NCBI GenBank assembly: GCA_963663275.1
Contig: OY760183.1
Span: forward strand, 2,816,001 to 2,880,000
DNA from: Chloroflexota bacterium
GTDB lineage: Bacteria; Chloroflexota; UBA11872; VXOZ01
Direction: 5' to 3'
Length of the DNA: 64,000 bases
Shown one piece after another: positions 1-8,501 of the stretch. The position numbers and the translations under genes are program-made. How positions within the stretch are numbered: position 1 is the stretch's first letter; each line of letters starts with the position of its first letter. Below the pieces are notes generated by a model. It had not been told where the DNA came from. It saw only the letters and a program-made list of their open reading frames with translations, and ran no database searches.

Positions 1-1047
1 CACGCACGTTTTGGCGAGTTCTTCCAGCGCCGTGCGCACCGGTTCCCGCGCGGGATGCCCGATGAGGATCGCGAAGAAGTAGTAGTCCCACGTACGCCGG
101 CGCGAGGGCCGCGAGAGAATGAACGTCAGATTGACGTTGTGCCTGGCGAATATGCCCAAGGCGTTGTAAAGCGAACCGGGCCGGTCTACCACGCTGTAGA
201 GCAGCGCGGTGCGGTCGTCATCCGTGGCCGCCGGCAACTGCTTGCCGAGAATGGCAAAGCGCGTCACGTTGTCTACGCGGTCCTGAATGCTGCGCGCGAC
301 GATCGGCACGTTTTCCGCCTGCGCCGCCAGTTCGCTGGCTATCGCCGCGGCCCCGGTCTCGTGCTTGATCTTCGCCACCGCCGCCGCCGTGCTCACGATT
401 TCCACCGTCTCGGCCTGCGGCAATTCCTCTGCCAGCCAGCGCCGGCACTGGGCGAGCGCCTGCGGATGCGAGTAGACGACGCGGATGGCGTCGCGGGACG
501 AGTTGGCAATGAGATTCTGCGCAATGGGCAGCACGATTTCGCCGCATATCTGGATCGGGGAGTCCAGGTACTCCACGAAGGAATCCAGGGTAGGGGTCAC
601 GCCCCCTTCGGTGGAGTTTTCCAGCGGGACGACGCCGTAGTCCGCCACGTCACTTTCCACAAGCTGGAAGACGTGGTCCACCGAAGCCGCCGCCTGCAAG
701 GTTGTGGAACTGCCGAATGCTTGAATTCCCGCCTGATGCGTGAAAGTATTCTCCGGCCCCAGGTAGGCCACGGTGAGCGGCTTTTCCAACGCCCGGCAGG
801 CGGAGAGCACCTCGCCGTAGATCGTCTTCAGCGCCGCCGCGTCCAGCGGGCCGTCATCGGCAGCCGCCGCTACGTGCCCCAGCACCTGGCGCTCGCGCTC
901 CGGCACGTAGATCGGCGTGTCTGCGCCCTTCTCTTTGCCGACCTGCACGGCGAGCGCCGCCCGGCGTTGCAGGCGTTCCACGATCTCCCGGTCGACGGCG
1001 TCTATCTGCCGGCGCAGTTCGGCCAGGGCGCTTTCCCGCTTAGGCAT
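1..1047 (-). CDS. pheA: Chorismate mutase/prephenate dehydratase (P-protein), 3' end truncated by window edge
   Basis: Manual minus-strand translation from ATG 1047 gives MPKRESALAELRRQIDAVDREIVERLQRRAALA...PIYVPERE (CM domain) and a C-terminal ACT-like NLTFILSRPSRRRTWDYYFF. No stop in window, so absent from the ORF track. Confidence 0.92.
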   Translation of the reverse strand, partial: MPKRESALAELRRQIDAVDREIVERLQRRAALAVQVGKEKGADTPIYVPERERQVLGHVAAAADDGPLDAAALKTIYGEVLSACRALEKPLTVAYLGPENTFTHQAGIQAFGSSTTLQAAASVDHVFQLVESDVADYGVVPLENSTEGGVTPTLDSFVEYLDSPIQICGEIVLPIAQNLIANSSRDAIRVVYSHPQALAQCRRWLAEELPQAETVEIVSTAAAVAKIKHETGAAAIASELAAQAENVPIVARSIQDRVDNVTRFAILGKQLPAATDDDRTALLYSVVDRPGSLYNALGIFARHNVNLTFILSRPSRRRTWDYYFFAILIGHPAREPVRTALEELAKTCV

Positions 1048-1147
1048 TGAGCCTACCCGTCAATTCCACGACAATCGCGTCTCCCTGAGCGTGTCGGGCG
1101 CGCGGCTCCAAGAGCGTATGCGGCCGCCCGAAGTGTACTGCGGCAGT

Positions 1148-1156
1148 ATTGTAGCA
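1148..1156 (-). promoter_or_regulatory. Putative extended -10 promoter for pheA
   Basis: Minus strand reads TGCTACAAT (TGn-TAnAAT) about 100 nt upstream of the pheA ATG. Confidence 0.45.
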
Positions 1157-1416
1157 GGTTGCCTGCCGCCGCGCTATGGGACACGTCCGTCGCGCAACGC
1201 GCCCGGCGCGCGTACTCTGTGCGCCTTCTTGACGACCCACGCGGCATTTCCTAGAATTAAGGTACAATCAAGGCATGAGGACTTGCCCATTTGCCGGCAG
1301 ACCGCGCAGACCGATGCTGCTCGAGCGCGGCGGCAAGAGATTGAAGCGGCAAGCGCGGCCATGATTGCGCAATGGGGACAGGCTAGCGGCATGCATCAAG
1401 GAGTGAACATACCGCA

Positions 1417-1662
1417 ATGACGTACGTGATTGCAGAACCCTGTATTGACATCAAAGACAACTCGTGCGTGGATGTCTGTCCGGTAGATTGCATCCACTCC
1501 GACGACGATTCGCCGCAGTTCTACATCGATCCGGACGAGTGCATCGAGTGCGGCGCGTGCGAGCCGGTCTGCCCGGTTACGGCGATCTTCTTCGAGGACG
1601 ACCTGCCGGACGAGTGGCGGAGCTACATCGAACTCAACGCCGACTTCTTTGCCGAGGAATAA
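1417..1662 (+). CDS. Ferredoxin, 7Fe/8Fe dicluster type
   Basis: MTYVIAEPCIDIKDNSCVDVCPVDC...CIECGACEPVCP; acidic; AAGGAG upstream. Confidence 0.95.
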   Translation: MTYVIAEPCIDIKDNSCVDVCPVDCIHSDDDSPQFYIDPDECIECGACEPVCPVTAIFFEDDLPDEWRSYIELNADFFAEE

Positions 1663-1802
1663 GCGCGGCGCACACCCTGCCGCCGTATTCGCCGTGAGGT
1701 AAAGTAAGGGGCGTCGGTTGGCCCCGCTCTCGGCGGATTGCCCGCGCTTGGCAGGGCCGGTCTGTCGCTTCCCCCGGTGGGTTGCCTGCCCCCGGCGGCC
1801 CG

Positions 1803-3047
1803 CTAGACGGCCTGCGCGGCCGCAAACGCCGCCGCGAACGCCGCGGAGCCATCGTCGTTCTCGATCTCCATGCTCGACCCCTGCACGTAGCGGGGGTCGT
1901 TGCCCAGGTCGAATCCGCGCTGGAGATCGTGCTCGTAGCCCGCGTACACGCTGGCGGCGCCCTCACCAAATTGCTCCGGCCAGCGGATATTGAAGATCTG
2001 GCGCGGGCGCGCCGGCTTCTCATCCACCCGGTAGCGGCTGACCGCCTCTTCGTCCAGGCTCACTCCGAGCCCGGGGCCCTCAGCCACCGGCATGTAGCCG
2101 CGATCGACGGTGAACGATTCCGCCAGCAGGTCGTGTTCCCAGATGTGCATGCACGAAATCGCCGGCCACTGCGCGTGCGAGAGCACCGCGCCTAGCTGCG
2201 CCGACCACGCCGTGGTCAGGCCCAGGCCCACCAGTTGCAGCCAGAAGGGCTTGTGGGCGACCGCCGCGATCGTGCCCGCCTCCTTCACACTCCCCGCGCT
2301 GCCGCCGACCACGAAACCGTCGCACACGTCGTCGTGCAACGCCGTCATGATGGGCGGCGTGCCGTAGTGCATGGCCAGCGGACGCGGCACGTGCCGCCGG
2401 ATCTGCTGGTTGCCCGCCACGTCGCCTTGCGGAATCGGCGTCTCGATTATCGATAGGTTGGCATAGCACAGCAGTTCTTGCAGCAGCGGAATCGCCGTGC
2501 CCGCGTCCACCAACATGCTGTTGAAGTCCACGTCCAGGTGCACGGTGGGCGGAATTTCCGCCGCTACGGCTTGCAGTTGGGCGTGAATGTCGCGCCAGGG
2601 ACGGCCCTTGAGCTTGATCGAGGTGTAGCCACGGTCGAGCGCCTTCCGCGCTTGCGCCGCCCATTCCTCCGGCGCCATGTCCAGGCACCACCACGAGATG
2701 GGAACCCGCGACCGCACCTGCTCGCCCAGCAGCCGGTGCGCCGGCACACCGGCGATCTTGCCCGCCAGATCCCAGAGCGCCATTTCGGGACCCGCGCCGA
2801 GCGTACCGTCCCACAAGTGTTGGTGCGGGTCCGTGCCGACCAACCGCTCTTTGAGATTGTCCGGCGGCCGGCCCCAGGTGTACTCCACAATCGTCTCGCC
2901 AATGCCGCTCAGGCCGGCGTCGGTGTGAATGCGGCAGACCTCCACCAAGCGCCAGTCCCCGCTGAGGCGCGTCATGTGCAGGTCGTGATGCTCGGTAAAC
3001 GGCACCATGAGCAGGATTTGTTCGACGTCGGTAATGGTTACGGCCAT
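1803..3047 (-). CDS. Mandelate racemase/muconate lactonizing (enolase superfamily) enzyme
   Basis: EMALWDLAGK, KLK, DFN and ETP motifs; start reset to ATG 3047 behind AGGAGG. Confidence 0.88.
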   Translation of the reverse strand: MAVTITDVEQILLMVPFTEHHDLHMTRLSGDWRLVEVCRIHTDAGLSGIGETIVEYTWGRPPDNLKERLVGTDPHQHLWDGTLGAGPEMALWDLAGKIAGVPAHRLLGEQVRSRVPISWWCLDMAPEEWAAQARKALDRGYTSIKLKGRPWRDIHAQLQAVAAEIPPTVHLDVDFNSMLVDAGTAIPLLQELLCYANLSIIETPIPQGDVAGNQQIRRHVPRPLAMHYGTPPIMTALHDDVCDGFVVGGSAGSVKEAGTIAAVAHKPFWLQLVGLGLTTAWSAQLGAVLSHAQWPAISCMHIWEHDLLAESFTVDRGYMPVAEGPGLGVSLDEEAVSRYRVDEKPARPRQIFNIRWPEQFGEGAASVYAGYEHDLQRGFDLGNDPRYVQGSSMEIENDDGSAAFAAAFAAAQAV

Positions 3048-3136
3048 GGCATTCCTCCTGTGATGTGCATGCAATTTGGCAAGAACACTCGGAGTATAGT
3101 AGTCATTTCTCACACGCGCGCTCTGCGCAAACGTGC

Positions 3137-3266
3137 CCTTCGACAGGCTCAGGGCGAACGGGAGACGGGCTTAGCCTCTGCCCTGTGCTCGATTCAGCGT
3201 ATCGGCGCCCGACTCGGCGGCAAACAGAGAAGCGACAACTCCGTTCGTGCTGAGCCTGTCGAAGCA
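3137..3266. repeat. REP-like inverted pair (CTTCGACAGGCTCAG family)
   Basis: CCTTCGACAGGCTCAGGGCGAACGG at about 3137 and CCGTTCGTGCTGAGCCTGTCGAAGC at 3241 are inverted copies; the family recurs at 13.7, 24.7 and 46.85 kb. Confidence 0.8.
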
Positions 3267-3431
3267 CTCTTGCTGAGCTTGCCTGTCCTGAGCGCGTCAA
3301 TGGGACGATTCACAGCTTGGAACGTTGAACCGCACTCTTCGATGTCCCTAATCTCCGGAGAGTTACTCACTCTCAGCCCTCGATTGCGCCCACGCGCGCG
3401 GCCTGTCTCAGCGCGCTTGCTACAGATTTCG

Positions 3432-3950
3432 CTACCCGTCGTCCCCGGTGTCCGCGTCCGATTCCCGCTTGGGATAGTCGAAGTCCAGCAGCGCGCCGCA
3501 CTGCCGGTTCACCTCCTGCCAGGAAGACACGGCCAGTTGCAGGCGCACGACCCCGCCGGGGGGCATTTCGTCGCTAAATTCCCGGCAGAGCAAACTGCTG
3601 AGTTCACTGAAGCCGGGATTATGGCCCACCAAGGCCGCGTGAGCGAGGGTATCGTCCAACTCCCTGACTATGGCGAGCAATCGGTCCGACGCGGCGTGAT
3701 AGATGCCCTCTTCCATCACGATCCGGGACTTTGGGTACCCAATCTGCTTTGCCAGGCGTCTGGTGGTGGCGCGGGCGCGTTTGGCGGGACTGGAAACCAG
3801 CGCGTCGGGCATGAACTCTATTGCCGCCAGGCGCTCCCCCATGCGCACCGCGTCGCGTTTGCCCCGCCGGTTCAAGGGGCGGTCGAAGTCGTCCGTGCCG
3901 GGCTCTTTCCAGCTAGACTTCGCGTGCCGGATCAGTGTCAGCAGTTTCAT
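3432..3950 (-). CDS. sixA: Phosphohistidine phosphatase SixA
   Basis: MKLLTLIRHAKS, DFDRPLNRRG, SSPAKRARAT and LVGHNPG motifs; start at ATG 3950. Confidence 0.9.
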   Translation of the reverse strand: MKLLTLIRHAKSSWKEPGTDDFDRPLNRRGKRDAVRMGERLAAIEFMPDALVSSPAKRARATTRRLAKQIGYPKSRIVMEEGIYHAASDRLLAIVRELDDTLAHAALVGHNPGFSELSSLLCREFSDEMPPGGVVRLQLAVSSWQEVNRQCGALLDFDYPKRESDADTGDDG

Positions 3951-3960
3951 CGTACACCCC

Positions 3961-4494
3961 TCACAGCAGCAATTCGAAGATTTGCTTGCATTTGTCGTCC
4001 ATCGCCTCGAAATCGGGGATGTGAAAGCGATTCCCGTCAATGTCTATGATGAGTATCTCATTTTCCGAGGGCAAGAGCACGGAGTCAAGCTCCCAGCGCA
4101 TCACGAACTCGCGCACGCCGTGATCCGTCTCCACAGTCCAGAACGACGTGCGCCACTCGTTGCGGTATTCGCGCACCGCGAGAATGCGGTAGACGCGATA
4201 GTACGCCTCAAGCGACGCGAAGAGAATGTCCCGCGATTCTTCGTCAAGCTCCGCCGGATTCTCAATCAGGCAGAACTCTTTGTCTTTGGCGTCGAGGATT
4301 GAGACGTACTGCTTGAGCGAGAGCGGGAACGTCCACACCGCTTTGCCGCGCAGCAGGCAGCGGTCCTCCGCTACCTCCACCCGCATCTCGCCGCCCGGTC
4401 CGCGCAGCAGGCGAATGCGCGCGGGGTCCGTCGTGCCCGCGCCGATGTCGGCTACTCGCAGCAGTTCATCTTCAGCGACCGCAAGGTCTTCCAC
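3961..4494 (-). CDS. DUF1854-family protein
   Basis: FPLS..QYVSI, W-x-VETDHG-x-REF and I-x-DIDGNRF-x-I motifs; directly downstream of its usual ABC partner. Confidence 0.8.
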   Translation of the reverse strand: MEDLAVAEDELLRVADIGAGTTDPARIRLLRGPGGEMRVEVAEDRCLLRGKAVWTFPLSLKQYVSILDAKDKEFCLIENPAELDEESRDILFASLEAYYRVYRILAVREYRNEWRTSFWTVETDHGVREFVMRWELDSVLLPSENEILIIDIDGNRFHIPDFEAMDDKCKQIFELLL

Positions 4495-4522
4495 GGTGTA
4501 TGCCTAACTCCCCGGCTACTTG

Positions 4523-6769
4523 CTATCGTTCCACCGCCTTGATACGAGAAACCGTGCGCTGCATCTCCACCAGATTGTGGTAGATGCCGCGCTTGGCCAG
4601 CAGTTCGTCGTGGGCGCCCACCTCGGCGACCGCGCCTTCTTCCAGGACAACCAGCCGATCGGCGTTGCGCAGCGTCGATAGCCGGTGCGCGATGGCGAAC
4701 GTCGTGCGTCCCTTGATCAGGCGGCTGATGGCCTGCTGGATGGCGAACTCCGTCTCGGTGTCCACCGAGGCCGTCGCTTCATCCAGAATGAGAATGCGCG
4801 GGTCTTTCAGCACGGCCCGCGCAATCGAGACGCGCTGCTTCTCGCCCACGGACAAGCGGTTGCCGCGTTCGCCCACCAGTGTATCGTATCCTTCTGGCTT
4901 GGCGACGATGAAGTCATGGGCGTTTGCCGCCCGCGCCGCGGCGATCACCTCCGGCAGTTCCGCCGTCGGCTTGGCGTAGCGGATGTTCTCGAGAACCGTG
5001 CCGCTGAAGAGGAACGGCTCCTGCAACACCACGCCAATCTGGTCGCGCAAGCAGGTCAACTCGATGTCGCGAATGTCGTGGCCGTCGATGATCACCTCGC
5101 CGTGGTCGGCCTCGTAGAAGCGGCAGACCAGGTGGGCCAGCGTGCTCTTGCCCGCGCCCGACTTGCCCACCAGCCCGATCATCTCGCCGGGCTCCACGCG
5201 CAGCCCGACTTTCTTGAGCACCGGCTTGGTCTTGTCGTAGCCGAACGTCACCTCGCGAAACTCAACCTCGCCCCGCAGCGGACGGATGTTCAGCTTGCCG
5301 GGCGCGGCGTAGGGTTCCGTGGGCGTATCGATTACGTCGAAGATGCGGTCCGCGCCCACCAACGCCCGCGACATCCAGTTGTAGATGCGATTGAACCACT
5401 GCAAAGGGCCGTACAGCATCCAAAGATAGTGGATGAATGCCATCAGGCCGCCGAGTGTCAGCGGTCCGTCGATCACGGCGCTGCCGCCCACGAACCAGGC
5501 GATGAAGACGCCGGAACCGGTGACGAAGTTCAGGATGGCGAAAGAGCTATCCCAGTAGCGCGCCTCGTGCACGGTCGCTCGCGCCACCGCCTCGTTGCGG
5601 CGGTCGAAGCGTTCAATCTCGGCCTCTTCCTGGGCAAAGGCCTTCGCGACGCGAATGCCCAGCAGCGATTCGTTCAATTGACCGTGCAAGAGCGCCCAGT
5701 TCTGCGAGACCCGCGACCAGAGCACGCGCATTCGCTTCACCAGCGCGGTGCCTCCCAGCACGACGAAGGGCACCGGCAACAAGACGAAGAGCGTTACCTG
5801 CCAACTCATCAAGAGCAGGATGACAAGCACGCCCACGAGCATAACGCTGTTGACCACCAGATAGGGCGCGCCGTCGATGAGAAAGTAGTTCAGACTCTCC
5901 GTGTCGCGCGTCACCAACGAGAGCAGCGGACCCTGCCCTTTGCGGTTGTGGAACGTCAGCGACATGCGTTCCAGCACCTGATAGAGTTGGGCGCGCATGT
6001 TGGCAATCACCCGCGTGCTCAGCCAGGAACCCACCCAACCGCCCGCGATTTCAAGCCCGCCGGTCGCCAGACTTGCCGCCACCAGTCCCGCAACCAGCCA
6101 CGCGAGCAGCACGAAATTCTCTCTGGGCACCAGGACGTTATCGATCATGGCTCGCGTAATCAGCGGGGGTGTAAGCTGCACGAGGGCGCGGCCAAGTGTG
6201 GTAACGACCAGCACGGCCGCCAACGGCCAGTACGGCTTGAGGTAACCGGCAATGCGCAGCATCACCGCCATCTTGCGCACGCAGCGCGGGCAGTTGCGGT
6301 CTCTATCCGGCAGCAGCGCCTGGCAGCGCTGGCAGCGGGCCCGGGGAATGTCGGTGGTGACCGCGAACGGCTCGTCTTTGGCAAGTTGCTGGATGCCGCG
6401 GGCAACCTCCGTAAACTTGGCGGCCAGGGAACTGGAGTACTCGACGATGGGCGTAAAGTAGCCGTTCAGCTTGACTTCCAGGCGGCCCCCGCCGACGAGC
6501 GGCTCGGCCCGGGCGTCGGTAATCTCCGCCATTTCCAGGTTCACGACGTCCGCTTCGAGACCGTCGCCATTCACGCCGGGCTCCGGCTCGGGCAGCACAA
6601 CCACCCGCTTGTCGGTCAATACAATCCACTGCACGCCGAAGCGGCCGTCGCGCCGCACGTCCGACGTGGCCACCAGCAGCGTCTCTTCGCCGGGCGCCAT
6701 CAACGCGCGCCATTGGGCCACGATCTCAGGATGCGGCTGATCGAATATGACTGTTGAGGACTCACTCAC
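4523..6769 (-). CDS. ABC exporter (TMD + NBD) with N-terminal extension and Zn-ribbon
   Basis: Walker A GKSGAGKS, signature LSVGEKQR, Walker B ILILDEAT, 6-TM region, CQRC...CPRC before the TMD. Start uncertain (GTG 6769 chosen). Confidence 0.9.
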   Translation of the reverse strand: MSESSTVIFDQPHPEIVAQWRALMAPGEETLLVATSDVRRDGRFGVQWIVLTDKRVVVLPEPEPGVNGDGLEADVVNLEMAEITDARAEPLVGGGRLEVKLNGYFTPIVEYSSSLAAKFTEVARGIQQLAKDEPFAVTTDIPRARCQRCQALLPDRDRNCPRCVRKMAVMLRIAGYLKPYWPLAAVLVVTTLGRALVQLTPPLITRAMIDNVLVPRENFVLLAWLVAGLVAASLATGGLEIAGGWVGSWLSTRVIANMRAQLYQVLERMSLTFHNRKGQGPLLSLVTRDTESLNYFLIDGAPYLVVNSVMLVGVLVILLLMSWQVTLFVLLPVPFVVLGGTALVKRMRVLWSRVSQNWALLHGQLNESLLGIRVAKAFAQEEAEIERFDRRNEAVARATVHEARYWDSSFAILNFVTGSGVFIAWFVGGSAVIDGPLTLGGLMAFIHYLWMLYGPLQWFNRIYNWMSRALVGADRIFDVIDTPTEPYAAPGKLNIRPLRGEVEFREVTFGYDKTKPVLKKVGLRVEPGEMIGLVGKSGAGKSTLAHLVCRFYEADHGEVIIDGHDIRDIELTCLRDQIGVVLQEPFLFSGTVLENIRYAKPTAELPEVIAAARAANAHDFIVAKPEGYDTLVGERGNRLSVGEKQRVSIARAVLKDPRILILDEATASVDTETEFAIQQAISRLIKGRTTFAIAHRLSTLRNADRLVVLEEGAVAEVGAHDELLAKRGIYHNLVEMQRTVSRIKAVER

Positions 6770-6955
6770 GGTGCAATGCTCCGAGCGACTCGTTCCGGAA
6801 CGAACGCATGGCGCGCTTGGGGCGGCAATTGCTTGGCGCGAACGACCTACGGTTGGCGGCAAAGCGTGAAGTCGCACGGGGACGGAAGTTGCCGGCGCGA
6901 GGCGGCAAAGCCCCGGCGGCAAGGCGCATCGTCAAGCCGCGGCCGCGCGCACAGC

Positions 6956-8068
6956 TTACGAGAACGGCTGGTACTTCCGCACGTTGGCATTGTGCTCATC
7001 GAGCGTCCGGCTGAAGGCGTGGGAGCCGTCTCCGGTCGCGACGAAGTAGTAATAGTCGGTCGTCTCCGGCGCCGCCACCGCTTGCAGGGAGCCGAGGCCG
7101 GGATTGCAGATCGGCCCGGGCGGCAACCCGACCTGCCGGTAGGTATTATACGGAGAGGCCACTTCCAGATCGGCGTAGGACAAGATCTGCTTCCACCACC
7201 GGCCCTCCGCTTCCTGGTAGCCAAGCGCGTACTGGATGGTGGTGCACGCGCCCAGGGGCATATTGACGCGCAGGCGATTGAAGAAGACGCCGGCAATCAG
7301 GGGGCGTTCGGCGGCCACCTGCGCTTCCCGTTCGATGATGGCGGCCAGCGTCACCGCCTCGTGCAGGGAGAGGCCGCTGGCCCGGATGCCATCGCGCACG
7401 GCGCCGGAAACTTGCTTGCCGAATTGATCCAGAAGTCTCTGCACAAAACCGCGCGTCGTGGTGTCCGGCAGCACGCGATAGGTATTGGGAAAGAGGTAGC
7501 CTTCCAGCGAAGCGCCGGCCGGCCGCTCCGCCAGGAAGTCGTGCGCAAAGCCGCCGCTTTCGCCGGCGGTAATCGCCAGGAATTCATGCGCGTCCAGCAC
7601 GCCCTTTGCCTGGAAGTAGGCGGCCATCTCCTCGCGCCGCCAGCCTTCGATGAGCGTCAGGCTTTGCTCCGGCGTGTACGCCCGCTGGAGCGCGGCCAGC
7701 GCCTCATCCACGCTCATGTTGCGCCGCAGCACGTGCTCGCCGGCCTGCAACGCGCCGTCCAAGCCCTGCTGGCGGGCGCGCAAGCGGAACGCCAGGGCGC
7801 TGCGAATCACGCCGGCGTCCCGCAGTTGATTCGCGATCTGCTCGGTGGTGCTGCCCGGCAGAATCGTGAGCGCCACCTCGCCGCCCTCTTCCTGAGCGGT
7901 TGTATCCTCGCCGGGCGAGCCGAGCACGGAGTCGGCCACGTCCTTCCCAATTCCGCAGCCCGCGGCCGCGGATGCCAGCGCCGCCGCGCCCAATGAGCGC
8001 AGCATGGCGCGCCGGGTGCCCTGTCCGCGCCCGCTCTCATGGATCGAGCGCCCGCTCGCTCTCGGCAT
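6956..8068 (-). CDS. mltG: Endolytic transglycosylase MltG
   Basis: EGYLFPNTY, LAAIIEREA, SPYNTY and GLPPGPICNPG motifs; start probably ATG 8068 (GGAG upstream). Confidence 0.92.
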   Translation of the reverse strand: MPRASGRSIHESGRGQGTRRAMLRSLGAAALASAAAGCGIGKDVADSVLGSPGEDTTAQEEGGEVALTILPGSTTEQIANQLRDAGVIRSALAFRLRARQQGLDGALQAGEHVLRRNMSVDEALAALQRAYTPEQSLTLIEGWRREEMAAYFQAKGVLDAHEFLAITAGESGGFAHDFLAERPAGASLEGYLFPNTYRVLPDTTTRGFVQRLLDQFGKQVSGAVRDGIRASGLSLHEAVTLAAIIEREAQVAAERPLIAGVFFNRLRVNMPLGACTTIQYALGYQEAEGRWWKQILSYADLEVASPYNTYRQVGLPPGPICNPGLGSLQAVAAPETTDYYYFVATGDGSHAFSRTLDEHNANVRKYQPFS

Positions 8069-8492
8069 GGCCGTCTCCCCCTGCGTTGCCCTGGGCGGCA
8101 AAGTACGACTCCAGGATCACCGCAGCCGCCGCGGCGTCCAGCGACGCCTTGCGGCGCGCGCCGGTCGGACTCTCCCGCAAGCGTTCCTCCGCGATGACGG
8201 TAGAGAACCGCTCATCCCAGAATACCACAGGCACGTCCAGCAGCGCCTCTAGTCGTTCGCCTTCCGCCCGTATGCGCTTGCCTTGGGCGTGCAAAGCGCC
8301 GTCCAGGCTGATCGGCAACCCGATGACGAGCGTTTCCGCCCGGTGCGTCGCCAGCAAGCGCCGGACGGCCGCGCAATCGTGCTGCCAGGAACGGCGGCGT
8401 ATGGTCGTGACGGGCGTGGCGATGCCGACGCGCGTCTCACCGCGCGCCACGCCGATGCGCCGCTCTCCCATGTCCAGGCAGAGAATCCGCAT
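8037..8492 (-). CDS. ruvX: YqgF/RuvX pre-16S rRNA nuclease / Holliday junction resolvase-like protein
   Basis: MRILCLDMGERRIGVA, VIGLP, WDERFST and DAAAAAVIL motifs. Confidence 0.95.
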   Translation of the reverse strand: MRILCLDMGERRIGVARGETRVGIATPVTTIRRRSWQHDCAAVRRLLATHRAETLVIGLPISLDGALHAQGKRIRAEGERLEALLDVPVVFWDERFSTVIAEERLRESPTGARRKASLDAAAAAVILESYFAAQGNAGGDGHAESERALDP

Positions 8493-8501
8493 CGCTTACC
8501 G

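Noticed and set aside
55-1050. 331-aa plus-strand ORF and other long antisense ORFs (e.g. 4685..6757, 8283..9968, 21013..22827, 27062..29290, 31857..33542, 37549..39135, 55005..56387)
   Set aside because: Shadow frames opposite well-supported genes, as expected at high GC; no recognisable motifs.
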